A stretch of 64,000 bases of DNA from an uncultured Steroidobacter sp. (GTDB lineage: Bacteria > Pseudomonadota > Gammaproteobacteria > Steroidobacterales > Steroidobacteraceae). The notes beneath the pieces were generated by a model, which saw nothing but the letters and a program-made list of their open reading frames with translations, made no database searches and was not told the origin of the DNA. The translations under genes were made by a program, and so were the position numbers. Shown here piece by piece: positions 28,845 through 38,786 of the stretch. The DNA is taken from NCBI GenBank assembly GCA_937864115.1, contig CALMII010000059.1:116812-180811 (forward strand), written 5' to 3'. Position 1 is the stretch's first letter; the number at the start of each line of letters is the position of its first letter.

Positions 28845-31049
28845 CTAGAACAACTCCCCCGGATCCACATCGATCGACCACCGCACCCTGCGCGCTTCCG
28901 GCAGGCCTTCGAGCTGCGGAATCCAGCGGCTCAGCAGGCGCTGCAGCGGCTGGTGCGTCGCGGCCTGCAGCAACAACTGCGCGCGATGCCGGCCGGCGCG
29001 GCGTTCCATCGGGGCGGGCGCCGGGCCGAGGAATTTGACGCCGCGAATGCCGTGTTCCCGTGCGGCGGCGAGCGCGGCCTGCAGGAAATTCCGGGGCTCG
29101 GCCGAATGCGTGGCCTCGGCCCGCAGCAGCGCGATGCGCGAAAACGGCGGCCAGCCGGCTTGCTCGCGCTCCTGCAATGCGCCCGCGGCGAAGGCGTCGT
29201 AGCCGCCCTTCAGCAACAGGTTGAGCAGCGGATGTTCCGGATACTCGGTCTGGATCAGCACTTCGCCCGGCTGTGCGGCGCGGCCCGCGCGACCGGCCAC
29301 CTGCACGATCGTCTGGGCGAGGCGTTCGCTGGCGCGGAAGTCGGTGCTGAACAATCCCTGGTCGGCGTTCAGCACGACCACCAGCGTCACGTTGGGGAAA
29401 TGATGACCCTTCGTCAGCATCTGGGTGCCGACCAGCAGCCGGATCTCGTTGCGATCGACTTTCGCCAGCGTCTCTTCGAGTTCGCCCTTGCGCCGCATGC
29501 TGTCGCGATCGATGCGCGCCAGCGGCACCTGCGGAAACATCCGTTCGAGCGTTTCCTCGATGCGTTCGGTGCCCTGTCCGACGGGCTTCACCTCGGCGAA
29601 GCAGCTCGGGCATTCGACGACGGCGGACTGCTGCGAGCCGCAGTGATGACACAGCAGCGCCGTCGAATTGCGATGCACGGTCAGGTTCGCGTCGCAGCGT
29701 TTGCAGTGCGCGGACCAGCCGCAGGCTGGACAGAACAGCACCGGCGCATAGCCGCGGCGATTCAGGAACAGCAGCACCTGGCGGCCGGCATCGAGATGCC
29801 GCTGCATCGCCATGAGCGCCGGCGTCGCGATGCCCTGCGCGGCAGCGTGTCGTCGCAGATCGATCAGCGCCAGTGTCGGCGGACGCGCATCGGCGGCGCG
29901 ATGCGGCAGCGTCAGCAGCGAACCGGGCTGCTGGCGGGCGCGATTCAGGCTTTCGAGCGAGGGCGTGGCCGATCCCAGCACGACCGGGATCCGCAGGCGT
30001 TGCGCGCGCACGATGGCGAGATCGCGCGCCGAGTAGCGAAAGCCTTCCTGCTGCTTGAACGAGCTGTCGTGTTCCTCATCGACGACGATCAGCCCGGGTC
30101 GTGCGAGCGGCACAAAGATCGCCGAGCGCGTGCCGATCACGATGCGCGCCGCGCCGCTGCGTGCATCGCGCCACGCGCTCAGCCGTTCGCCATCGCTCAG
30201 GCCCGAATGCAGGATGGCGAGTGCGGTGTCGAAGCGCTCGCGGAAGCGTGCGATGAGCTGCGGCGTCAGTGCGATTTCCGGCACCAGCACCAGCGCCTGT
30301 TCGCCGCGTTCCAGCACGGTGGCGATGGCGTTGAGATACACCTCGGTCTTGCCGCTGCCGGTGACGCCGTGCAGCAGCCAGGTGACGAACGTGCCGAGCG
30401 AAGCGCGGATGCGTTCGACGGCTGCGGCCTGTGCGTCGTTGAGTGCGGGACCATCGCGCCGTGCCGCCGCGGCGACGGCGGCGGCGATCTGTGTACGAGT
30501 GAACTGTTCCGCGTAGCCGCGATCACGCAGCTTGCGCAGCGTTTCACGCGACAGGCCCGCGGCATCGAGTACGTCTGGCGCCAGCTCCGGCGCGTCGAGC
30601 AATGCCTGAACGGCCGCGCGCATCTGTTTCGCCCGGGCGGGAAGATCCGCCAGCGCCTGATCGCGACCGGCGGCGGTCAGTCGCCACAGCGTGGTTTCTG
30701 CGATCGCCGGCGCGCCCTGGCGCAACGGCCCCGGCAAGGCCGCCGCAATGACTTCTCCCAGCGGATGACGGTAGTAGTCGGCCGACCAGCGCAGCAGGTC
30801 CAGCAGGCCGGGATCGAAAGTCGGCTGTTCGTCGATCAGCCCCTGCGCCGAGCGCAGCTTGTCTTCGGCAACCTCGCTGTGCTGCCGGCATTCGACCACC
30901 ACGCCGACGATGCGCCGCCGGCCGAACGGCACCCGGACCCGATGCCCCGGCCGCACCTGACCGGCCCAGTCCGCGGGCGCGCGATAGTCGAATACGCGCC
31001 GCAGCGGCGTATCGATGGCGACGGCAAGGATCACGGACTCAGGCCTCAC
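28845..31049 (-). CDS. priA: Primosomal protein N' (replication restart helicase)
   Basis: LHGVTGSGKTEVY, VVDEEHD, GSATPS, two CxxC pairs x2, VGTQMLTKG, QVAGRAGR. Start uncertain (GTG 31049 or 31034). Confidence 0.96.
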   Translation of the reverse strand: MRPESVILAVAIDTPLRRVFDYRAPADWAGQVRPGHRVRVPFGRRRIVGVVVECRQHSEVAEDKLRSAQGLIDEQPTFDPGLLDLLRWSADYYRHPLGEVIAAALPGPLRQGAPAIAETTLWRLTAAGRDQALADLPARAKQMRAAVQALLDAPELAPDVLDAAGLSRETLRKLRDRGYAEQFTRTQIAAAVAAAARRDGPALNDAQAAAVERIRASLGTFVTWLLHGVTGSGKTEVYLNAIATVLERGEQALVLVPEIALTPQLIARFRERFDTALAILHSGLSDGERLSAWRDARSGAARIVIGTRSAIFVPLARPGLIVVDEEHDSSFKQQEGFRYSARDLAIVRAQRLRIPVVLGSATPSLESLNRARQQPGSLLTLPHRAADARPPTLALIDLRRHAAAQGIATPALMAMQRHLDAGRQVLLFLNRRGYAPVLFCPACGWSAHCKRCDANLTVHRNSTALLCHHCGSQQSAVVECPSCFAEVKPVGQGTERIEETLERMFPQVPLARIDRDSMRRKGELEETLAKVDRNEIRLLVGTQMLTKGHHFPNVTLVVVLNADQGLFSTDFRASERLAQTIVQVAGRAGRAAQPGEVLIQTEYPEHPLLNLLLKGGYDAFAAGALQEREQAGWPPFSRIALLRAEATHSAEPRNFLQAALAAAREHGIRGVKFLGPAPAPMERRAGRHRAQLLLQAATHQPLQRLLSRWIPQLEGLPEARRVRWSIDVDPGELF

Positions 31050-31392
31050 TCCAGGCCTCTGCCGCCAGCGAAAAAGAGGACGGCGGGCCTTTGTGGACAA
31101 CTCTGTGCATTGATTGGATCAACCGTTCCGGACGCGCCTCCGGCGGGCAGGTATGTGCCGGGGTCGAATTGTCAGCGAGCATCATTTTGCAAGGCCAAAC
31201 AGTCACTTGCTTCCTGCGCGGCGGTGCAGGACCAGGCCGGTAGACACTCCCTTAACGCAGCCGTCATGGTGTGGGCAAAGCAGGTCCGCCGACGGTGGGG
31301 CAAGTTCATGATTCTGGCGGCTCCGGGACGCGGGAAGCGGCATCGTACAATCGCGCGCCCGCGCCGCGCCCACTGATAACGACAAGAACCGC

Positions 31393-32556
31393 ATGTCCCT
31401 GATCGTCAGTCTGTTCCTGCTGCTGGGCCTCGCCCATGGTCTCGGCACCCTGGCCCGTCGTTTCGGTCTGCCCGCGCTGGCCGGCCACATGATCGCCGGC
31501 ATTCTGGTCGGTCCGTCGGTGCTGGGCGGGATCGCCCCGGGACCGGGGCTGGGCGCCGTCGCCGACATCGCCGTCTTCTTCGTGGTGCTGACCGCCGGCC
31601 TCGAAATGCGGCTGCAGCACGTGACCGACGTGCTGCGCGGCCGTGGCGCGCTCTCGCTGTTTGCCGGCTTCGCCGTGCCGGTGTGCGTCGGCGGCGCAGT
31701 GGCCTTCGCTTTCGAACTGCCGTCGATTCCGGCCATCGTGGTCGCGCTGTGCATCGCCGTCACCGCGCTGCCGGTGGCGCTGCAGATCCTCAGCGGCTTC
31801 AACATGCTCGGCACGCGCATCGCCAGCGTCACGGTCTCGGGCGCGCTGCTGTCGGACATCCTGGTGTTCCTGATCCTCGGCGTACTCATCGAACTGTCGG
31901 GCTCGGCGCGGCCGGCGACCGAAGCCGTCGGTATCGCGTTCGTCAAACTGGCTGGACTGGTGCTGGCCATCGTCGCCGCGCAGTTCGCCTGCGTGCAGGT
32001 GATGAAGCGGCGCGCCGCACCCGTGGAATCGACTTCGAACGGCGCCTCGTCGGGCAACCTCGCCTTCGTGCTGCTCTTCGTGCTCGGACTCGGCGCACTG
32101 AGCGAACTGCTGGGATTCCATTTCGCCATCGGCGCGTTCTTCGCGGCCATGATGGTGACGCCGGAGCTCATCGGCGATTCATCGTTCGACCGCCTGGAGC
32201 GCACCTGCGACGTGCTTACCGCGAGCCTGTTCGGTCCGGTCTTCCTCGCCTACCAGGGCCTGCAGTTCCATTTGCAGACGCTGAGCCAGCCGGCGTTCAT
32301 CGGCGCGCTGATCGTCGGCGCCGTCGTGTCCAAAATGCTCAGCGGCTACCTGGTCGGCCGGATGCAGGGCATGTCGAAACACGATGCCTGGGGCGTCGGC
32401 ATCGTCATGAACGCCCGCGGCGTGATGGAGCTCGTCATCGCCAGCATCGCCTTCCGCGCCGCCCTGGTCGACGGCCAGATCTTCTCGGCGCTGCTGATCG
32501 TCGGGCTCGTCACCACCGTGCTGACGCCGCTGATGCTGCGGGCGTGGCAGAGGTAG
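31393..32556 (+). CDS. Cation:proton antiporter (CPA2/Kef-type Na+/H+ exchanger family)
   Basis: About 12 TM segments; GILVGPSVLG, AGLEM, TALPV, LGFHFAIGAFFA, MNARGVMELVI motifs. Confidence 0.9.
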   Translation: MSLIVSLFLLLGLAHGLGTLARRFGLPALAGHMIAGILVGPSVLGGIAPGPGLGAVADIAVFFVVLTAGLEMRLQHVTDVLRGRGALSLFAGFAVPVCVGGAVAFAFELPSIPAIVVALCIAVTALPVALQILSGFNMLGTRIASVTVSGALLSDILVFLILGVLIELSGSARPATEAVGIAFVKLAGLVLAIVAAQFACVQVMKRRAAPVESTSNGASSGNLAFVLLFVLGLGALSELLGFHFAIGAFFAAMMVTPELIGDSSFDRLERTCDVLTASLFGPVFLAYQGLQFHLQTLSQPAFIGALIVGAVVSKMLSGYLVGRMQGMSKHDAWGVGIVMNARGVMELVIASIAFRAALVDGQIFSALLIVGLVTTVLTPLMLRAWQR

Positions 32557-32561
32557 GAGAA

Positions 32562-32743
32562 GAGTTTCACACGGAGAGCACGGAGAGCACGGAGTTCGGA
32601 GAAGCAGAAGAGAATTTCCACGGGGGACACGGGGAACACGGGGACAAGAAAATTTTCTTCTCTGAGACCCCGTGTTCCCCGTGTCCCCCGTGGAAAATTC
32701 TTTCTCTTGACTCCGTGCTCTCCGTGAACTCCGTGTGAAACTC
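32562..32743. repeat. Nested palindromes of 9-bp tandem units
   Basis: Outer arms 32562-32595 / 32710-32743 (34 bp, 2 mismatches, unit CACGGAGAG); inner arms 32616-32643 / 32668-32695 (28 bp perfect, unit CACGGGG(G/A)A). Confidence 0.9.
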
Positions 32744-32750
32744 CTCATCG

Positions 32751-32809
32751 CCTGTGGGGCCGGCTTTAGCCGGCCTTTTTCGAAGTCAGGCTGAAGCCTG
32801 ACCTACAGG
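32751..32809 (-). repeat. REP doublet (GTAG + GTGG REP pair), copy 1
   Basis: cctgtggggccggctttagccggcc...gtcaggctgaagcctgacctacagg; supplies the TAG stop of the 32803-33225 gene. Confidence 0.88.
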
Positions 32810-33225
32810 AGGACCCCGAACGCGATGGCGATGCGGCCTTCGCACAGCAATCGTTCACCGGCGCGTACGTTGAAGTCGTAGAGCGAGCCGTCGCGCTGGG
32901 CGAGTCGTCGTACGGCATGAACGGTGAGGTCGGCGTCGATCGTGTCGATGCGGTCGGTGTGCAGGCGGATGTCGCGCAGCGCGGCGAGCATGCCGGGTTG
33001 TGCGTTGCCGCCGGCGAGCAGTGCGCCGTGGGCGGCCATGGCCTGGGCGGCGTACTCGGTCAGGTGCAATGCGGCGAGTTGTCCGTCGCGGCGCAGCGCA
33101 TGGCCGGGATCGCGATGCGTGCCGGTCGTGCATTCGATGTCGCGATCGGAATGCGCGATCACGCGATCCAGCAGGCACATGCGGCCGGCGTGCGGGATGA
33201 GCTGCAGCAGTTGCTCGCGGTTCAT
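32803..33225 (-). CDS. Hotdog-fold 3-hydroxyacyl-ACP dehydratase subunit (ApeP-like)
   Basis: LIPHAGRMCLLD and EYAAQAMAAHG motifs. Confidence 0.85.
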   Translation of the reverse strand: MNREQLLQLIPHAGRMCLLDRVIAHSDRDIECTTGTHRDPGHALRRDGQLAALHLTEYAAQAMAAHGALLAGGNAQPGMLAALRDIRLHTDRIDTIDADLTVHAVRRLAQRDGSLYDFNVRAGERLLCEGRIAIAFGVLL

Positions 33226-34025
33226 GGCGCGTGCAGATCGACGGCGAGATTGCGGCTGTTGGCGTTCGGCAGGATCACGCGACCAAAGTCGCGCGCAGCG
33301 AGCCGTTGCAGCAACGGCAAGGCGCGCGCTGCAGGATTGCCCGAACGCAAGGATTCCAGCGCCGCGTCGGGCAGCAATGTTTCCGGCTCCATCGTCGTTG
33401 CGCAGGAAAGCGCCGCGAGCGTCTTCGCCGTCGCCTGCTGCGTGAGCACCAGCGCGACGGCAACCGGATGCGCGATCGGTCGCTTCGCGTGCAGCGGTTC
33501 CGGCGCCGGCAGATCGAACGCCACCAGCAGCACATCGCAGGCATCGACCTCAACCAGCAGGCTCGCTTCGAGCAGTCCGGCGGCGAACGAGCCGTCGTAG
33601 GCACTGATCGTCGTCGAGGCCGCGCGCGAACCGACGGCGATGCTCCAGTAGCCGGCCGCGGCGTTGTGGACGGAATTGTGGAAGTCGGTCGGCGAAATGA
33701 ATCGCGGACTCGCCGTCAGCGCGAGACTGATGCGATGGATGATGCCGAGATCGGCATCGGAGGAGGCGAACACGGTCGCGAGGTTCGCAGCCGGTATCGA
33801 GGTTCCCTGCATCGCATCTTCAGCGGCCTGAAATGCCAGCCGGATGGCCGGCGTCGCGCGGCGTCGCTCATTGGCCGGCAGCAGGGCCGGTGTGTGCGGT
33901 GGCAGCGGTGTGTTCTCGCAGGGCTGTTCGCCGCGCAGTGCGGCGCGCGCCTGCTGCCATGACGGCAGTCCGGGTGCTGCGAGTCCGACCGCTTCGATGA
34001 ATATCGGTTTGGTGGCCGGCTTCAT
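33222..34025 (-). CDS. Beta-ketoacyl synthase chain-length factor (ApeC-like)
   Basis: LLPANERRRAT, VFASSDAD, SPTDFHNSVHNAAAGYW; no catalytic Cys. Start ATG 34025 (C-terminal part of the 753-aa track ORF). Confidence 0.87.
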   Translation of the reverse strand: MKPATKPIFIEAVGLAAPGLPSWQQARAALRGEQPCENTPLPPHTPALLPANERRRATPAIRLAFQAAEDAMQGTSIPAANLATVFASSDADLGIIHRISLALTASPRFISPTDFHNSVHNAAAGYWSIAVGSRAASTTISAYDGSFAAGLLEASLLVEVDACDVLLVAFDLPAPEPLHAKRPIAHPVAVALVLTQQATAKTLAALSCATTMEPETLLPDAALESLRSGNPAARALPLLQRLAARDFGRVILPNANSRNLAVDLHAP

Positions 34026-35200
34026 GCGGCTTTCCCGAACAGCAGACTGCAGTTGCTGCCGCCGAAGCCAAAGGAATTGCTCAGCACACGCAAGACAGGC
34101 GTGCTGCGGTTCGCAAGCAGGATGTTCGCCTCGATCGCTGGATCCTTGCTGCGCGTGTTCAGGCTGCGCGGCAGCAGATCGTTTTCGATCGTCAGCAGGC
34201 TGATGACGCTTTCGACGATACCGGCCGCGCCGAGCGTGTGCCCGGTCCAGCCCTTGGTCGAACTGCAGGGCGTGGCGGTACCGAATACGCTGCAGACCGC
34301 GCGGCTTTCGGCCTGATCGTTCGCCACCGTGCCGGTGCCATGCAGGTTGATGTAGTCGATCTGCGCGGGTTCGAGATTCGCACTCGCGAGAGCCGCGCGC
34401 ATGGAGGCTGCGGCGCCGCTGCCTTCCGGGTCGGGCGAGGACATGTGATACGCATCGCTGGTTTCGCCGTAGCCGAGCAACCGCAAACCGCCGTCGGCGT
34501 GCGGATCGAGCAATGCGAAACCGCCGGCTTCGCCGATGGAAATGCCATTGCGTGCGCTGTCCGCCGGACGACAGATGTCCGGCGACACGAGCTGCAGCGA
34601 GTTGAAACCATAGAGCGTCGTCAGGCACAGGCTGTCGACGCCGCCGACCACCGCGGCATCGCACGCGCCAGCGGCAATCGCGCGCCGTGCCGCGGCGAAG
34701 ACTTTCGCGCTCGACGAACAGGCGGTGGAAATGGCGAACGACGGGCCGCCCAGGCCCAGACGCTGCGCAACGAAATCCGCGACCGAGAAAATGTTCTGGG
34801 TAGGGCGATGCACGAACCAGTCCGGCAGCGCGTTCGATTGCGGATCGCGCGCGCGATAGGCGAGTTCGGTGTGATGCACGCCGGAGGTGCTGGTACCGAT
34901 GAACACGCCGATGCGCGCTGCACCGTGGCGACGTACGCAGGCTGCGACGGCATCGAGGAAGCCGTCCTGGTTCAGCGCAAACTCGGCAAGCCGGTGGTTG
35001 CGACAGTCCCAGTGCGCGAGCGATCCGGTCAGCGCCACGTCGAAGTCGCGCACTTCGCCCAGCCAGCAGTCGAGCGTGTTGGTGTCGAACGTCAGCTTGC
35101 GCAGACCGCTGGTGCCGGCCTGCAGCGCGCGCGCGTGCGCCGCGTGTCCCGCGCCGAGCGCGGAGCTGACGGTGTAGGCGCTGATCGGAAGCGGCTTCAT
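34022..35200 (-). CDS. Beta-ketoacyl-ACP synthase (KS; ApeO/xanthomonadin-type)
   Basis: GTSTSG, STACSSS (catalytic Cys), NLHGTGT, KGWTGHTLGAAG, SNSFGFGGSN. Start ATG 35200. Confidence 0.92.
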   Translation of the reverse strand: MKPLPISAYTVSSALGAGHAAHARALQAGTSGLRKLTFDTNTLDCWLGEVRDFDVALTGSLAHWDCRNHRLAEFALNQDGFLDAVAACVRRHGAARIGVFIGTSTSGVHHTELAYRARDPQSNALPDWFVHRPTQNIFSVADFVAQRLGLGGPSFAISTACSSSAKVFAAARRAIAAGACDAAVVGGVDSLCLTTLYGFNSLQLVSPDICRPADSARNGISIGEAGGFALLDPHADGGLRLLGYGETSDAYHMSSPDPEGSGAAASMRAALASANLEPAQIDYINLHGTGTVANDQAESRAVCSVFGTATPCSSTKGWTGHTLGAAGIVESVISLLTIENDLLPRSLNTRSKDPAIEANILLANRSTPVLRVLSNSFGFGGSNCSLLFGKAA

Positions 35201-36105
35201 GCAATCCAGTAATCGTAGAAGTTGAACCAATTGTACGGAGCGATGCGAACGTAATGTTCGAGCCGCTGCGCATAGCGCTGGGCGCAGTCGGCAATGGCTG
35301 CGTCCCGATTCTCGCGCGGCAGTCGCAGCGACTCGCTGAACAGTTCGAAATGCGCGGTATAGCGATTGCCGCCGTGATGGCAGCCGAAACCCAGCACCAC
35401 AGGCACCTGCAGCGCATGGGCGAGCTGCCATGGTCCGACCGGCAGGCGTGCGCGACCGCCCAGGAAGTCGACGGCGACGGCACGTTCGGTGGCGAGCGCG
35501 CGGTCCGCCATGATGCCGACCATGCGTCCTGCCTGCAGTGCCTCCTTCAGGTTCAGTACGAGCTGCGGTCCGCGTTGCGATGCATCGATGATGCTGCCGG
35601 CGAGTTCGGGATTCAGTCCTTCCAGCAGCGCCATGAGCATGCGGCCATGCTGGCGGTCGAGCAGGATCGACAGCGGCAGCCGACGTTGATCGACCGCGAT
35701 CAGCCGCAGCGATTCGGCGCTGCCGAAGTGCGCGACGAACAGCAGGCAGCCCTGGCCGCGCGCGACGGCAGCGCGGACCGCTTCGGGACGTTCGACCGCG
35801 ACGTCGAGTTCCTGGTAGCGCTTCGAGAGCAGGAAGATGCGATCGAGCGTGCAGCTCGCGAAGGCGAAGAAATGCCGCCAGTGATCGCGCCAGCGCGGCT
35901 CGCGGTTCAGCGCTCGCTGCAAGTAATCCCGCGAGGCGCGTCGCGCCGCCGGGCTCGTCAGCAGGAAGTACGCGACGATCGGATACAGCACGGGCCGCAC
36001 CGTCGAGCGGCGCAAATGCGTCGCGAGCCAGACGATCAGCCGCACCATCGACGGTGTGCTGCGTTCCTTGTGACTGCGCCAGTCCTGCTGCGGTGTGTCC
36101 GTCAC
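35197..36105 (-). CDS. LpxL-family acyltransferase (acyltransferase half of ApeJ-like proteins)
   Basis: AHFGSAE, GIMADR, APYNWFNFYDYW motifs; GTG start at 36105 overlaps the upstream TGA. Confidence 0.87.
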   Translation of the reverse strand: MTDTPQQDWRSHKERSTPSMVRLIVWLATHLRRSTVRPVLYPIVAYFLLTSPAARRASRDYLQRALNREPRWRDHWRHFFAFASCTLDRIFLLSKRYQELDVAVERPEAVRAAVARGQGCLLFVAHFGSAESLRLIAVDQRRLPLSILLDRQHGRMLMALLEGLNPELAGSIIDASQRGPQLVLNLKEALQAGRMVGIMADRALATERAVAVDFLGGRARLPVGPWQLAHALQVPVVLGFGCHHGGNRYTAHFELFSESLRLPRENRDAAIADCAQRYAQRLEHYVRIAPYNWFNFYDYWIA

Positions 36106-36425
36106 GCCGCCGCTCCGCACGACAAGACGAACGTGCCTTCGAAGACGGGCGACTGCCGGCGCGATCCCTGGAATCGCGCGCGCAGCGTGCCCTCGTTGTC
36201 AGGCGTGAACTCGATGCGCAGTTCGATGCGTTCCTGAGGCAGCACGGGCTGCAGGAATTTCACGGTTGGCATCGAGAGCAGCATGCAGGGCCGCTGCGTC
36301 CGGATCGCGGCCAGCACGGCATCGAGCAGCACGACGCCGGGAACGATCGGGTTGCCGGGAAAATGGCCGGCGAGCGACGGATGATCCGCCGGCACGACGA
36401 TCTCGCCGATCAGGGTGTCGTTCAT
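36102..36425 (-). CDS. Small FabZ/FabA-like dehydratase subunit (ApeI-like)
   Basis: LAGHFPGNPIVPGVVLLD and VKFLQPVLP motifs. Confidence 0.85.
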   Translation of the reverse strand: MNDTLIGEIVVPADHPSLAGHFPGNPIVPGVVLLDAVLAAIRTQRPCMLLSMPTVKFLQPVLPQERIELRIEFTPDNEGTLRARFQGSRRQSPVFEGTFVLSCGAAA

Positions 36426-37708
36426 GGTCGAACCTGCCTCAGCAACTGCAGCAGCGCTTCGCGCGGCAGCTTGCCTACGTCGTTGCGCGGCAGGCGCTCG
36501 ACGATCAGCAGCGGTCGCGGCACGAAGACCGGTTCCATCTGCCGTCGCAACGCATCGAGGATGTCGCTGGCCTGGCGCCCGGGCGCGACGACGAGCGCGA
36601 CGGGACGTTCTTCGGATTCGCGAACGAACACCGCGGCATCGACGACGCCGGGCACGGCCAGCACCTGACGCGTCAGTTCCTGCAATGACGTGCGCTTGCC
36701 GGCCACCTTGATCATGTCGCCCGCGCGCCCGCGCAGGACGAACTCGCTGTCGCCGAGCGGCTCGATCACGTCCTGCAACGGCGTGGCCGTCGGCAGTTGC
36801 GGCGCGCGATATTCGGCGTTGCCGTTCACCTGCACGATCGTCCCGTCGCGCAGCGTGCGCCAGCGTTCCGTCGCGGTGGTGCGGCGATGCGCCATCACGC
36901 CGGCTTCGGTGCAGCCGTAGATCTCGACCACTTCCGTCTGCCAGCGGGCCTCGATGCGGCGTGCGAGTTTGACAGTCAGCGGCGCAGTGGCCGAGACCAC
37001 GCGATGCAGCGGCGGCAGTTCGATGCTCGATTCCGCCAGTACTTTGAGATGCGCCGGCGTCGTCACCAGTGTGCGCGGCGCCGGCATGCGCCGCAGCGCA
37101 TCGCGCACGTCGGCGGGAAAGAACGGCCGGCGATCACAGAGACAGCAGCCGGCGCTGAGCGCGCCGATCAGAGACGCCTCCAGGCCATACATGTGTTGCG
37201 GCGGCACCGTGGCGACGACGCTCGATCCCGGTCCGCCCAGCACGTCTTCTGTCGCGAGCCGCGAGTTGTGGAACAGGCTGCCCCAGGTTTTCGGATGCGC
37301 CTGCGGTCGGCCAGTCGTGCCGGACGTGAACGCGATGGCGACGATGCGATCCGCCGGCAGCTGCCAGTCGGGCGTGGGCGCCGCCGACTCCCGCGAGGAC
37401 AGGTGACGCGCAACGCTCGCATCGTCGATGACGTGATGATCGGGATAGTCGCGCTGCAGTTCGGCGATCACGCCCGTCGCCTGACTGGAGGGGAGCAAGA
37501 TGATTTGCCCGCGCAGCCACGCGGCGACGCAGCCCAGCAGGAAGTGATAACGATTCTCGGCGAGATTGATCGCATGCGTAGCTTGCGGCAGCGCCTGCGC
37601 CAGATGCTGCGCGTGAGCGACGAACTGTCCGGCGCTGACCGGCGCATCGCCGTAGTACGCGATGCGGGCATCGAGCGCATCGGTCGCCAGCAAGGGCAGC
37701 ACCTGCAT
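36422..37708 (-). CDS. Adenylate-forming (hydroxybenzoate):ACP ligase, XanA2/ApeH-like
   Basis: FTSGTTGRPQAHPK (A3), TVPPQHMYGLE, EIYGCTEAG, GDMIKVAGKR, PRNDVGK (A10). Start ATG 37708. Confidence 0.88.
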   Translation of the reverse strand: MQVLPLLATDALDARIAYYGDAPVSAGQFVAHAQHLAQALPQATHAINLAENRYHFLLGCVAAWLRGQIILLPSSQATGVIAELQRDYPDHHVIDDASVARHLSSRESAAPTPDWQLPADRIVAIAFTSGTTGRPQAHPKTWGSLFHNSRLATEDVLGGPGSSVVATVPPQHMYGLEASLIGALSAGCCLCDRRPFFPADVRDALRRMPAPRTLVTTPAHLKVLAESSIELPPLHRVVSATAPLTVKLARRIEARWQTEVVEIYGCTEAGVMAHRRTTATERWRTLRDGTIVQVNGNAEYRAPQLPTATPLQDVIEPLGDSEFVLRGRAGDMIKVAGKRTSLQELTRQVLAVPGVVDAAVFVRESEERPVALVVAPGRQASDILDALRRQMEPVFVPRPLLIVERLPRNDVGKLPREALLQLLRQVRP

Positions 37709-37713
37709 CGTCC

Positions 37714-38307
37714 TCAGATCCTGATGCGGGTGCGCGCGAGCCGCCGCAGATACCGGAACAGGCCGTCGTGCTCGTGATGCCGGAAGCGGATGCGCCGATA
37801 CGCATACTCCAGGACGAACACTGCGCCGAGCAGCAGGTAATGAATGACATTCGTCATCAACGACCACAGCGGCGGTGCGGCGAACAGCGCGAGCAGCACG
37901 GCCGAGACGAACAGTGCCGCGCAGACGCCGCACCACAGTTGTGTGACATGCCGCGTGTAGATCACGAGGTCCTCGGGCAGCGGACCCTCATGCATCGCGC
38001 GCGCGATGCGCGTGACGAGCGGCGTCTGGCCCGCGCGCAGCGAACCTGCAAACAGCGCGAACAGGGCAGCAGGAATCGCCGCGGGCGGGATGTACAGCGC
38101 ATACAGGCCATTGCCTGCGACGACGAGCCAGTAGAGCAGGGCGCTGCCCGCGATGAGCACGATCCAGGCCCACGGCCGGCGATGGATCAGTGCGCCGCCG
38201 ATCGAGATGCCGAGCAGCCACACCAGCGCCAGCCATTCGAGCCGCCGGTCGTGCAGCATCACGGCGAGATGGGCGAGCAGCGGATAGCCGAGGGCGAGCC
38301 AGAACAT
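37714..38307 (-). CDS. Membrane protein COG4648 (ApeG-like)
   Basis: Hydrophobic; YPLLAH, FAGSLRAGQTPLVTRIA, YTRHVTQLW, EYAYRR motifs. Confidence 0.82.
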   Translation of the reverse strand: MFWLALGYPLLAHLAVMLHDRRLEWLALVWLLGISIGGALIHRRPWAWIVLIAGSALLYWLVVAGNGLYALYIPPAAIPAALFALFAGSLRAGQTPLVTRIARAMHEGPLPEDLVIYTRHVTQLWCGVCAALFVSAVLLALFAAPPLWSLMTNVIHYLLLGAVFVLEYAYRRIRFRHHEHDGLFRYLRRLARTRIRI

Positions 38308-38368
38308 CGCGCACTAGTCCGTAGCGGGGTCGGTCGCGGTGCGCGGCGCGCTGCTCACGCCGCCGCTC

Positions 38369-38644
38369 TCAGGTCCGGCGTTGCAGGACGTGCCCGGTCA
38401 GCGACCGCAGCGACGCAAAGGCCGATTTCACGGCAGCATCGTCGGAGCGCAGCTCCACGCCGTACTGCTGCTGGATCATCAGGGCGATTTCCAGGGCATC
38501 GATCGAATCGAGCCCGACACTGCCCGCGCCGCCGCCGAACAGCGGCGCGGTCGGCGCGATCGCTTCCGGCGCGATGTGTTCGAGGCCGAGCGCCTGCACC
38601 AGGCGCTGCGCCATGAGCGATTCTTCCGCCGTCTGACCGGACAT
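38369..38644 (-). CDS. Acyl carrier protein (ApeE/XanC-like)
   Basis: PLFGG...GLDSIDALE phosphopantetheine motif. Start ATG 38644. Confidence 0.92.
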   Translation of the reverse strand: MSGQTAEESLMAQRLVQALGLEHIAPEAIAPTAPLFGGGAGSVGLDSIDALEIALMIQQQYGVELRSDDAAVKSAFASLRSLTGHVLQRRT

Positions 38645-38786
38645 TATTGCTTCCGTCTCCAAGGCTGTTTTGCGGCGCGACAGTCTATACTCCGCCGTCT
38701 CATCGCGCGATTTCATCGTCGCGGATTACACAACGAAACAACGATCGCCAAACAACGATCGAAGTGGCGGACAGAGGTACGGATCG

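Noticed and set aside
31092-31100. DnaA-box-like TGTGGACAA upstream of priA
   Set aside because: Single 8/9 match; expected by chance and not part of a box cluster.
33222-35483. 753-aa ORF suggesting a KS-CLF fusion
   Set aside because: Its N-terminal part is an alternate frame over the KS gene; the real CLF starts at ATG 34025, overlapping the KS stop.
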